Position numbers and translations under genes: made by a program. A stretch of 64,000 nucleotides of DNA, taken from NCBI GenBank assembly GCA_964547345.1, contig CAZJMX010000006.1, positions 41,187 through 105,186 of the forward strand, in the 5' to 3' direction. The notes beneath the pieces were generated by a model. It searched no databases. It was not told the DNA's origin and saw nothing but the letters and a program-made list of their open reading frames with translations. Shown here piece after piece: positions 1 to 9,800 of the stretch (its first letter is position 1; every line of letters starts with the position of its first letter). This stretch comes from an uncultured Smithella sp. (GTDB lineage: Bacteria > Desulfobacterota > Syntrophia > Syntrophales > Smithellaceae).

Positions 1-1338
1 GCCACCACCGCGTTTGACGGCGCGCTCGCCACAATCAGGACATCCGGCGGCGAGACGTTGCCGCTTGCCGATCCGCGCGTTACAATCCTGTTCCCGTCCA
101 TGGGAGAAATCGCTTCGCAAATGCTGGCCGCCGTCTTTGCCAGTCAGGGTTTCCGGACGTTTGTTCAACCGGCGGCCGATGAAAACATTTTAAAAATCGG
201 CCGCGCCCACACATCATGCAAAGAATGTTTGCCGTTGATTCTGACCACCGGCGCACTCATTCACTATATTCGTCACATCCGGAAACCCGGAGAGCTTGTC
301 GCCTATTTCATGCCGACGGGATCGGGACCCTGCCGCTTCGGACAGTATGCCGTCTTCATGGAAGATCTTATTCAAAGAATGAAAATTCCCGATGTGGCCA
401 TTCTCTCCATTACCTCCGAGAATTCTTACGCCGGACTGGACGGCTTTTTCCGTTTGCGCACCTGGTGGGCCGCCATTATTTCAGATGCGCTGGAAGACAT
501 CCGCTCTTTGCTTTTGGTCAAAGCAGATCATCCGGACCAGGCGATGAAAGTTTTTGCCGATGAATCTGAACGCCTGGTCGATGCGCTCAAACAGACCGAT
601 TTTAAAACCCTGGTTTCCGTTCTCAAGGAAAGCCTCGCGCGGATGAAAGCCGTTCCCGGCGTCGATAAGCCCCGTCCGAACATCCCCGTTGTCGCACTGG
701 TTGGCGAAATTTTCGTCCGGCGCGACGAACTCTCCCGGCAGCGCCTGACGGAAAAACTTGCCGCACAGGGGTTTGCCGTCATCTGCTCTCCGGTTGGCGA
801 ATGGATTCTTTACACCAACTATCTGGTGAAAAAAAATATCGTCCGGCATGATTTTTCCACCTTGGGCCGGCTGAAATTTCTACTGGTCGAAAAGTACATG
901 GAGCATTATACGCGAAAGCTTCAAACCATCATGAGCAATTCGGGCCTTTTGCTTTCTCATCCTATCGATGTCGATGACATCATCCGGCATGCAGAGCCTT
1001 TCATGTCACCGCATCTGACCGGAGAAGCCATTCTGACCATCGGCAGCGCCATCCGTGAAATCGCCACATCAGTGTGCGGCGTCATTTCAATCGGCCCGTT
1101 CGGCTGCATGCCCAGCCGCCTTTCGGAATCGGTCTTGAACGAAGCGATGCACCGGAAGACCAAAACCTCGTTTCATCCCCAAGACGACACGCTGCGCGAG
1201 GTCTTGTCCGATTTTGACGAGTTGCCGTTTCTGTCGATTGAAAGCGACGGATCGCCTTTCCCGCAAATCATCAACGCCAAACTGGAGGCATTTTGCCTGC
1301 GCGCAAGGCGGCTGCACCGGAAGATGAGCGTCTGTTAA
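1..1338 (+). CDS. C-terminal part of a CoA-substrate-specific enzyme activase / 2-hydroxyacyl-CoA dehydratase-activator family multidomain protein (5' truncated by window)
   Basis: Frame is open from base 1. Motifs CLPLILTTG, SGPCRFGQY, VGEIFVR and GPFGCMP are typical of this family. Confidence 0.75.
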   Translation, partial: ATTAFDGALATIRTSGGETLPLADPRVTILFPSMGEIASQMLAAVFASQGFRTFVQPAADENILKIGRAHTSCKECLPLILTTGALIHYIRHIRKPGELVAYFMPTGSGPCRFGQYAVFMEDLIQRMKIPDVAILSITSENSYAGLDGFFRLRTWWAAIISDALEDIRSLLLVKADHPDQAMKVFADESERLVDALKQTDFKTLVSVLKESLARMKAVPGVDKPRPNIPVVALVGEIFVRRDELSRQRLTEKLAAQGFAVICSPVGEWILYTNYLVKKNIVRHDFSTLGRLKFLLVEKYMEHYTRKLQTIMSNSGLLLSHPIDVDDIIRHAEPFMSPHLTGEAILTIGSAIREIATSVCGVISIGPFGCMPSRLSESVLNEAMHRKTKTSFHPQDDTLREVLSDFDELPFLSIESDGSPFPQIINAKLEAFCLRARRLHRKMSVC

Positions 1339-1366
1339 AATCATTGAGTCGTTTAAGATTATTCGA

Positions 1367-1395
1367 TTGACACTGAACGAAGATTTTTCTATACT
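1367..1395 (+). promoter_or_regulatory. sigma70-type promoter for the substrate-binding protein gene
   Basis: TTGACA (1367-1372), 17 bp spacer, TATACT (1390-1395). Confidence 0.7.
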
Positions 1396-1595
1396 CAACG
1401 ACAAATAAAAAGACGTGCGCGGTTCAAGTGGCAGAGAGCTCCAGTAACATCAACAAATACGGTAGCTTCGGGCCATGCCACCAAGTTAAACTTCATTCAC
1501 CTTATACATTCGGTCCGACGACGCAAAATGACTAAATAGCCTACGACACGAAAATGAGTTCTAAACTATTTTAAAAAAGAAGAGGAGGACAGAAA

Positions 1596-2849
1596 ATGAA
1601 GCATTGGAAGGGGATAATTTTCACGCTGGTCAGTTGTTTGGTGATGACGTGGGCTGTGACGGCCACTGCCGACGATATTTTGATCGGCTTTTCGGGCCCC
1701 ATGAGCGGCCCTGCGGCTGAATACGGTCAGGATTGCTTCTATGGCATTGAAATGGCTGTGAATGAAATCAATGCTGCCGGCGGCATTATGGTAAAAGGTA
1801 AAAAATACAACTTTAAACTGGAAAAGTTAGACGATCGCAATGATCCGACAACGGCCGTAAACAACGCACGCCGCCTGCAGGCATCCAAAGCTATCGCCAT
1901 TTACAACGCCGTCTATACCACCATCGCAGCCATAGCGAAAATCAATGAAGAAAAAGGCAATGAATTCCTGCTGATGGCATACACCAGCACGCCTAAAGTC
2001 GTTCAGTTGGGAAACAAGCTCTTAATCGGCACGACGGCGCCTCCCTTTACTGTTTACATTCAGCAATTCACGGATCTGGCTCTGAAGAAAGGCTGGAAAA
2101 AAGTGGCCATGGTCACAACCACCGGCGCCTACGGTGAAGAATGGCGCAAAGCCTTCAGTGAATACTGGGTCAGCGTCGGCGGCTCCATTACGATCGACAA
2201 ACCGGCCAATTATTACACAGAAACGGACTTCTCGGCACCGCTCACGGCGGCACTTGCCACCAAACCGGATGCGATGCTCATCGGCGGCCCTTCGGCCACC
2301 ACCGCTCTGGTTATTGAACAGGCGCGAGGCATGGGCTTCAAAGGCGGCTTCATCGCCATCGACCAGGCCAAAATCGATTACATGGGCAATCTTCTTCGCG
2401 GCTATAAACTGATGAATAATACTATCGGTGTTGCCTCCCCCGTCACCGTCAAAACCCCGGTTACGGACTCTTTTGAAAAGAAATACAAGGCCATCTACAA
2501 GCGCATCATCACGTCTGAATGCCAGAGAAATTATGGCGCAACCTTTGCGCTGGCAGCGGCCATTTCGGCGGCAGGCACAACGACGGACGTGCGGGCCATC
2601 CGCGCGGCGTTTTCCAAAGGTCTGCCGATTCTCGGCGACAAGATTCCCACCGAAATCTTCGGCATCAACCCCAATGGCAGACTGTTGATCAACGGCTCCG
2701 TCCAAATGATTGAAAACGCAAAACTGTTACCACCGGAACAGTATTTCTGGTGGATCAAGTCCGACAAGGAATGGGATAACATCAAGAAGATTTCCAAGAG
2801 CCAGGCGAACATGTTTCGCTTCCAGCCTAAAATTGCGGATGTCGAATAG
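1596..2849 (+). CDS. ABC transporter substrate-binding protein, branched-chain amino acid (LivJ/K-like) family
   Basis: Signal peptide, IGFSGPMSGPAAEYG and AVNEINAAGGI motifs; GAGGAGG RBS. Confidence 0.88.
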   Translation: MKHWKGIIFTLVSCLVMTWAVTATADDILIGFSGPMSGPAAEYGQDCFYGIEMAVNEINAAGGIMVKGKKYNFKLEKLDDRNDPTTAVNNARRLQASKAIAIYNAVYTTIAAIAKINEEKGNEFLLMAYTSTPKVVQLGNKLLIGTTAPPFTVYIQQFTDLALKKGWKKVAMVTTTGAYGEEWRKAFSEYWVSVGGSITIDKPANYYTETDFSAPLTAALATKPDAMLIGGPSATTALVIEQARGMGFKGGFIAIDQAKIDYMGNLLRGYKLMNNTIGVASPVTVKTPVTDSFEKKYKAIYKRIITSECQRNYGATFALAAAISAAGTTTDVRAIRAAFSKGLPILGDKIPTEIFGINPNGRLLINGSVQMIENAKLLPPEQYFWWIKSDKEWDNIKKISKSQANMFRFQPKIADVE

Positions 2850-2866
2850 TATTTAACGATCGTCTC

Positions 2867-2906
2867 AAAAACCTCGGCGCGCTGTTTACGGCACGCCGAG
2901 GTTTTT
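2867..2906 (+). terminator. intrinsic terminator
   Basis: aaaaacctcggcgcgc...gcacgccgaggttttt hairpin with a T tail. Confidence 0.8.
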
Positions 2907-2932
2907 ATTTCTCCTTCTGGATATCAAAGGAA

Positions 2933-3427
2933 TTGATTTTGAAAGCAGCAAATACGAAAAACAACAAAAAGAAAAAAAGCAATTCAGCAAGCACGAGACG
3001 CATAGAAGTAAGCGCATCGGGCGTACATGGAAAAGGCGTGTATGCCGTCCGGTCGATTTCAGCAGGTGACATCGTCCTGGAATACAAAGGCGAAATCATC
3101 ACATGGCGTAAAGCGCTGACCCGCCATCCGCATGACCTAAGCCAGCCCAATCACACCTTCTACTTTCACCTCGACGACGGGCATGTGATTGATGGCAAGT
3201 GCAGTCTCGCCCCCGCAAAGTGGATCAATCATTCCTGCAATCCCAATTTGGAAGCAAAACAGGACGGCTATCGCGTTTTCCTGGAAGCCCTCCGGGACAT
3301 AAAGCCCGGCGAAGAACTTTTTTACGATTACGCCCTCATGATCGAAGGCCGCAAAACCGCCAAAGACAAGAAAGATCACGCCTGCCTGTGCGGCGAGACC
3401 AACTGTCGTAAGACAATGCTGGCATGA
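2933..3427 (+). CDS. SET domain protein-lysine N-methyltransferase
   Basis: GVHGKGVYA, INHSCNPN, GEELFYDY and post-SET CLCGETNC motifs. Start codon uncertain (TTG). Confidence 0.9.
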   Translation: MILKAANTKNNKKKKSNSASTRRIEVSASGVHGKGVYAVRSISAGDIVLEYKGEIITWRKALTRHPHDLSQPNHTFYFHLDDGHVIDGKCSLAPAKWINHSCNPNLEAKQDGYRVFLEALRDIKPGEELFYDYALMIEGRKTAKDKKDHACLCGETNCRKTMLA

Positions 3428-3470
3428 AATCAGGCGCAAGGTTCAAGGCAACAAGCAGAAGCTTACGCCA

Positions 3471-4415
3471 TCAGCCATTCGTTCTTTTTTCGCGGATAAA
3501 ATCGGCAAACATTTTGGGGAGAGGCGCTCTGAGAATCATTTCTTTTTGGGTTTGCGGATGCCTGAAAATAAGCCGGGCGGCATGCAGGGCTGAGTGCGGC
3601 AGAATCAGGATCCTTTGTAATTCGGCGGTGAACCCGTATTGAATAAAGTTTAAAAAAGCATTTTCGTCCCTGCCGTAGAGCTTATCGCCGACAATCGGAA
3701 AGCCCGCCGACTGCAGATGGGCGCGGATCTGATGAAGCCTGCCCGTTTCGGAAAAACACCGCACCAGGGAGATATCTCCGGCAACGAGAACTCTCCGAAA
3801 TCGCGTAAGAGCAGTTTGAGTCCCACCCGGCCAGGCTTTGCGCTTCTTGCTCACCGTTGATTCACTGTCGCGTCCCAAAGGCAAATCCACAATCAAATCC
3901 GCATCCGGAAAATGTCCGTGCACCAAAGCCAGATATTCTTTTACCCCCTTTGCCAGCCTGTGGGCCAGTGCATCCGCCCCAGCACCGTCAAAAGCCAGCA
4001 GGATGACGCCTGATGTTTCGCGGTCGATGCGGTGCACGGGATAAACTTTCCGCCCGTAGCGGTCCTCAAGCATTGCCGTCAGTGTATGGTTGAAATACCG
4101 TCCTGACGGATGAACCGGTAAATTCCCCGTTTTATTGACGGCAATAAAACCGTCATCTTCATAGAGGATGTTAATCCTGTTATCGATTTCCGGCTCGATG
4201 ATGCCACTTCCATCCCAGGCCACGATTTCGCCGCCCCGGAGCATTCTGGCGGGATCAATCGCGACAGCGCCGTCAATCAACAGCTTCCCATCGGCAATCT
4301 CCTGACGCCATTGATCCTGTGCAAAATAAGTAAAGCGGCCTGCCAGGTAGTGGTCCAGCGTTTCCGGCGCTGGAAGCTTCGGAATGACGGATGTGATGAT
4401 GCGCTTCCGGGTCAT
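3471..4415 (-). CDS. RluA/RluD family pseudouridine synthase
   Basis: S4-like N-terminus; VNKTGNLPVHP, HRIDRETSG, TGRLHQIR and PIVGDKLY motifs. Confidence 0.92.
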   Translation of the reverse strand: MTRKRIITSVIPKLPAPETLDHYLAGRFTYFAQDQWRQEIADGKLLIDGAVAIDPARMLRGGEIVAWDGSGIIEPEIDNRINILYEDDGFIAVNKTGNLPVHPSGRYFNHTLTAMLEDRYGRKVYPVHRIDRETSGVILLAFDGAGADALAHRLAKGVKEYLALVHGHFPDADLIVDLPLGRDSESTVSKKRKAWPGGTQTALTRFRRVLVAGDISLVRCFSETGRLHQIRAHLQSAGFPIVGDKLYGRDENAFLNFIQYGFTAELQRILILPHSALHAARLIFRHPQTQKEMILRAPLPKMFADFIREKRTNG

Positions 4416-4900
4416 GGCTTCAGGCCGGGCTTTTTTAGCGTTTCGTTTTCGATTTTGAGTTGGCGGACTAAAAAACTATCGAGTTGATTGGCAAAAGCCT
4501 GGCGGTCTTTCTTGCAGAAGACAGCCGGGCCGCCGGTAATCATGCCATTGTCCCGCAGTTCATTGAGTAAGTCACGCATGGCCAGGCGGTCTTTGATATT
4601 ATGCTCCGTATAGAGCATGCCTCGGGGATTCATCGCAAATGCGTTTTTGGCCACCACCCGGTCGGCAAGCGGAATGTCGGCGGTGATCACGAGATCACCC
4701 GGCTGTACAAGCCCGGCGATGCGGTCATCGGCCACATCCGGCCCCTCGGGAACCAGAATCAAAGAAAGATGAGCCAGCTTCTCCAGACGCAACGGTTTGT
4801 TGGCCACAAAGATCAAATCAATATTTAAGCGTAACGACGCTTTAATCAGAATATCTCTGATCACATTCGGAAAAGCATCCGCATCAATAAATATCTGCAT
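4412..4900 (-). CDS. YaiI/YqxD family protein (UPF0178)
   Basis: MQIFIDADAFP start and GDLVITADIPLA motif; ATGA overlap with the downstream gene. Confidence 0.88.
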   Translation of the reverse strand: MQIFIDADAFPNVIRDILIKASLRLNIDLIFVANKPLRLEKLAHLSLILVPEGPDVADDRIAGLVQPGDLVITADIPLADRVVAKNAFAMNPRGMLYTEHNIKDRLAMRDLLNELRDNGMITGGPAVFCKKDRQAFANQLDSFLVRQLKIENETLKKPGLKP

Positions 4901-5023
4901 AACCCCTCTGTCGCCATCTGCGCATAGCACTTCCTATACGTCAACGAATACTGTATCCGCATATTTTTGCATTTGATTTGATGCGAGCAAAACGATTGCA
5001 GAAATTGCCGCAATTCTCCGCTG

Positions 5024-6784
5024 CTAAAGCCCAATTTTTTTCTGAGCCATCACAATGTCCGGACTGTTCCACTTTTTCTGTTCCATCATTTCAATGAAGG
5101 CCCGGCGGTAAATTAAGGTCACTGTTACATTGACAGGACTGCCCGGAGACTGGAAGATGTAACTGCTTTGATCGCTGGCCTTTGCGGCAAGCCGATTATC
5201 GCTATGCACCGTCGTATGCCTCCAGTAGCTCACAGCGGGGACCACGTCCGTCCACATTTCCTTGAGAACCTTGGCAAAGGCCTTCCCCGGCATAGCTGCG
5301 TAATAACCGTTATTAAATTCGCCGACACCGCACCATTCGGGAAGCGTTGGACCTTCCTGCAGCGTCAACATATTTCCGGCGGCGTCCCTGGCTTCCACAA
5401 GGAGGATCATGTGCCTGAGCGGTGAGTCGGTGGGTATGTGATGTCCGGTTCGGTCGTTTACGAGCGTGACGTTCACCGTCATCTCGCCGCCGTTCACGGA
5501 AGCAGACGCCTGCATGGTAAGAGAATTACGGAGCAACTCCGGCGTCACGGTCATATTGTGCGAATGCAGGGAGGACGGATTTCTTTCAACGCCACCCCTA
5601 CCCGGCGCAATATTAGTCAGCGCCTTCCCGTTGTATAGGGTTGGCGACGGCATATGGCAGGCCTGACAGGTCTTGTATTGGGTGGACAGCGGGTTGGCAT
5701 AAGACGAATCCGCCCACTCCTGATACGATGTATAAACCGTCTGACCCCAGAAACCTCCGTAATGGCAGGCGGCACAATACCGGCTTTCACTGTACAGGGT
5801 TCTTTTGGCTTCGAAGGTGACAATATCAACGCCTCCAAAAGGAGAGAGCAAACCCTGTGCAATGCTGTTGCCGTCGGCAAGGGATCCCATAAAGAGCTGT
5901 GACCACAAACCGGTAGAGGTATCCGGCCGGAAGAGATCGATATTCCGCACACCGGGCTTGTTGACCGGGGGCAACCCCGTGCCTGGCTCTAGGTGCACGT
6001 AACCCACCTTGTGACAGAAATCGCAATGAACCCCGTACCTGTCTGCGCCTGTTACGCTCCGGGGATCAACATCACCACCCGTTGCGGCGCCGGGAATGTG
6101 GCAGGAGGTGCAGTTTCCCTTGCTCCCGGGAAAGTCAATGCGCCAGCCGGGGCCAAAATACGGCTGTGACGGGTCAAAGGGCTCGGGAACATCAAAGGTT
6201 CCCCATTGCGTTGTAATGGTCTTGTAAATCGTATCGGGGCTCTGATTGCCCAGGGTATCCTGCCCGTAATAGACAGAGAGAAAGCGGGGATTGACAGCCG
6301 ATCTCATATGGGCGTCGTGTTTGGCCATCTCGGTCAGCGCCGGGTGGCACTGACTACAGCTGCCCTGCTGACCCTCGGGAGAAATCCATGAATAGTTTTC
6401 ATCATCAACGAGCTGATGCCGGCGAATGTTGACCACCAGACCGCGGGCCGGGACGGACACGACCGCAAGCAGTGCGCAGTAATAACCTTCTTTCCAGGCG
6501 CTGATCCTTTTACCCTTGCCTGCCGGAACATCGTTCAGGGTAAAGGCTCCCGCGGCATCGGTCAGCGCGGATATTTCCGTTCCCTGCACAAGCACCGTCG
6601 CGCCTTGGACAGAATCATCACCGTCTCTAACCACCCCCGAGACGCTGCCGACAGGGATTCTTCCACCTCCATCGCTGCCGCCGCATCCCCAGAGGAGCAA
6701 AAAAATGCAAAGGACAAGGAAATTTGCAAGACAATACCTGGAAATTTTAGGGACTGAGGTCATGCCGATGGCGATATATTTCAT
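5024..6784 (-). CDS. pentaheme c-type cytochrome lipoprotein with an N-terminal carboxypeptidase-regulatory-like beta domain
   Basis: Lipobox LWGC; five CxxCH motifs (CSQCH, CTSCH, CDFCH, CAACH, CQACH); TGHHIPT motif in the C-terminal domain. Confidence 0.85.
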   Translation of the reverse strand: MKYIAIGMTSVPKISRYCLANFLVLCIFLLLWGCGGSDGGGRIPVGSVSGVVRDGDDSVQGATVLVQGTEISALTDAAGAFTLNDVPAGKGKRISAWKEGYYCALLAVVSVPARGLVVNIRRHQLVDDENYSWISPEGQQGSCSQCHPALTEMAKHDAHMRSAVNPRFLSVYYGQDTLGNQSPDTIYKTITTQWGTFDVPEPFDPSQPYFGPGWRIDFPGSKGNCTSCHIPGAATGGDVDPRSVTGADRYGVHCDFCHKVGYVHLEPGTGLPPVNKPGVRNIDLFRPDTSTGLWSQLFMGSLADGNSIAQGLLSPFGGVDIVTFEAKRTLYSESRYCAACHYGGFWGQTVYTSYQEWADSSYANPLSTQYKTCQACHMPSPTLYNGKALTNIAPGRGGVERNPSSLHSHNMTVTPELLRNSLTMQASASVNGGEMTVNVTLVNDRTGHHIPTDSPLRHMILLVEARDAAGNMLTLQEGPTLPEWCGVGEFNNGYYAAMPGKAFAKVLKEMWTDVVPAVSYWRHTTVHSDNRLAAKASDQSSYIFQSPGSPVNVTVTLIYRRAFIEMMEQKKWNSPDIVMAQKKIGL

Positions 6785-6823
6785 GATTTTTTCCTGCCAG
6801 TCATATTCATCATAACATTGTCC

Positions 6824-9800
6824 TTATCGCGGGTCGGGCGGAGTCGTGCGGTAATAACAGGATCCTGCTGTGGCTTCATCCACAAGAAACGGCGACCAGG
6901 CAATATTCCATGAGGACGGAAAAGGTTCGGCGGCAGGCCGGTAAAGATTCCCGTCCGCCACAAAGTTTGCAGGCAGAGTAAACTGAAAGCCGATGCACCC
7001 GTTGGCCGGGCACTCCATCGCCTTGGACGACCAACGGCATACGGCATCTTCGCATGAATATTGAATATCTTTTACGGTAGCGGCGCACCCGCAGGAATCC
7101 CCCTTCCACTCGCAAACAGAAGAAGGCTTGCAGGCTTCTTTTTCACCGTTGATAAAATCCTGTCTAAAGTTTGACATATCCATGGTCACCGTCAGGATGC
7201 CGGTGTCCGGCTGATAACCGACGCTCTCCCACGGCCAGGCTGCTTGTGCGGTAAATTGAAAAGGCGCCTTCATCACAACGCCATCCGGTCTCAGGGTTCC
7301 CAGCCTCACCATTTTAACCGAGTTTACGACACTGTCTGCATTCTTCCCCACATAGGCCTGAAATGTTACTTTGGTATCGGACTTCGCGTACACCAGATAG
7401 ACGAAGTACGTGTGCCCCGGCTGAAAATCGTTTTGTGAATTGGAGTGATAAGCGGTGTCAATATAGTATTTTCCCTGATTCGCAATCAGGTTAGAGCGCT
7501 GTCCCAGGCCCTGCCCCAACATCCTGATTTTCTGTTCCACGCCCGGAATAAGTTCGTTTGTGTTTAAGTATTGCCGGTAAAGTGGAATGCCCTTGCAGCC
7601 GGGCTCTCCGCAGGAAGGCTTCCAGGCACAGCCTGAAGCGCCGGGATCGCCCCCGCTGGACAGGCATTTGGGGAATATGCTGACGGTGACATGATCGTAG
7701 GGCGCCTGAAGACAGGACTGCTCAGAGGCGCATTCAAAGGTGATTTTCGGCAGGTGATAGAAGGTATCATTATTGAGGGCAATCGACCCGTTGGCTCCGA
7801 TTCCCTTGATGCCGCTCAGACTCCCGTCGTCGTCGTTTAGTTCCGTCTGGCGGTCCACATCGGTAAATGAATTAAACATGTCCCCCGCCTTTGTGCAGTA
7901 TTGCGCGTTGACTTTACCGGTATCCGTTGTCTGCTCACCGGGATTGAAAAGCGGAATCAAAACAAAGTGGCGCAGATCCACGTTATGAAAGGCAAGATTG
8001 CTGGAGTGAAAGGCAGGAGGATAGTAAAATCCGTTGGGCTGCTTCCATCCGATCGCCGCATTGGTGAGAATGCAGTCCCCAACGCCGTACCGGCTGTCTT
8101 TGGCGGCTTCTTTCGCCTTCGGTATTCCCAGCCCCCGGTTGGTATCTGCGCTCTTCTCGCCGTAAATATAATCGCCGTCGAGGGTTGTGATCGGCGTCGC
8201 CCGGATGTTGAGATAGGCGTTGGCCTCCTGATAGACCGGACCGTCATAGATATTATAAAACCGCTGATAGTTAAGAAAGTTATCCGTGGGGAAACTGATG
8301 CCTTCCCGTGAAAGCAGGCAGAAAGATCCTGTTTTCCCTTCACATCTAAGGCCGGTGAAGGTGTTTAATTTCGGTCCGGCAGCGGTGGCATAGTCATTAC
8401 CCTGCTGGGTTTGCCCCACAAAGACCGTTTTTCTGGTCAGCGCCCAGTAACCGTTAATCACCTGTTCATAGCTCCCGCCGGAGACCATCGTCAGGCCCGG
8501 CCCCAGAATATCGGTAAGCGCGCCGCCGGTAAAGAGAAACCAGTTGTTGCGCAGCCAGATGGCCGACCAGTTTTGCTGCCCCCAGTGAAAGGAAGACGTG
8601 TAGGAATCAATGACGGTCACCGAGCATCCGGCCGTATCGCCTTTTTGGCAGATTTTGTGTTTTCCTCCCTCGTCCAGCAGTGTGGGAAGATAATTGGAGC
8701 TGTCATTGATGTTCAGCACATTTTGAGAGATGGCATTTTCTATCGGAACCAGGATCGGCTGCACACCGGCATAGGCATCATCCGTGGTGATGCCGTTACA
8801 GGTCGTGATGCCGCCGATCGTCAAAAGAGAGTACTGGGCTGTGGAGCAGAAGTTTCCCTTGAAGGAATAGAGGGGCGCATGCGCGTCTTTCTGCATCGCG
8901 GAAACATATCCCGCAGGCGCGGCTTCGGGCGGACCCGCCGCCGGTCCGGCGACAATCCAGTAGCATGAACCGCAGGCGCCCGCGCCCGCAGCCATGTTGT
9001 GCTCATAGGTATTGTAAGGGTTGGCGATCAGAAAGACAGCCGGCGTCGCATAATCGCTCTGGCCGGCCATGGACTTGTTTTCCAGCCCTGTTCCTCCTCC
9101 GGACTTCGTTGCGGCATACACGCCGGGAACATTGCGCGGATTGTCCGGATACTTGAGCGCGGGCCGGGCGTAAATCCCTATGTTGGCCCGATAAATATTA
9201 TGGGCCTCAAATCCAGCCGACATGTATCCGTGGCCGATGGATTTGTAGCCGACATTTCGTTCGATGAGGAGATTCTTCGCACCCCGAAGCTCAATCCAGC
9301 GCGTCATGGAATCATGCACGGAGCAATCGCGGACAAAGGTGTCGGCAGGCGCATCATACACACCGTGGAATTGCAGCGGACTTCTGGCCAGCATGCCGCC
9401 CTGCCCCATCTGATAAAACTCCACACCCTGAAGCTGCACTTTGGCAAATCCCTGGCGGATGATGGCATGGCCCCCGAAATACCGGTTGGTATCGAGAGAA
9501 TCCGCGGCGGGAAGAATCGTCTCACTAATCGTTTTGCCTGCCGAGACGATGCGGATGTTCCGTGTTAAAAGTGCTACGGCCGCCCGGGTTTCAACCGTTT
9601 TGCGGGTAATCCCCTGCGCCGCGAGGCTATAAGAGGTCAGGTCATAGGCCTTGCTGTTATGCGGGTAGGATAGTGCACTCGCCAGGGTAATGACGCTTTT
9701 GCCGCCGCTGGTGGTAATATTGCCAATCTCTCTTTGTTCCGAATGGCCGGGCAGAAAATCCGTTGTCGTCACCACGATCTGATCCCCCGCTTCCCAGTCC

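Noticed and set aside
1500-1550. GACGCAAA as part of a c-di-GMP-I riboswitch
   Set aside because: The upstream GGCAAAC/GAAA stem and downstream pairing elements are missing.
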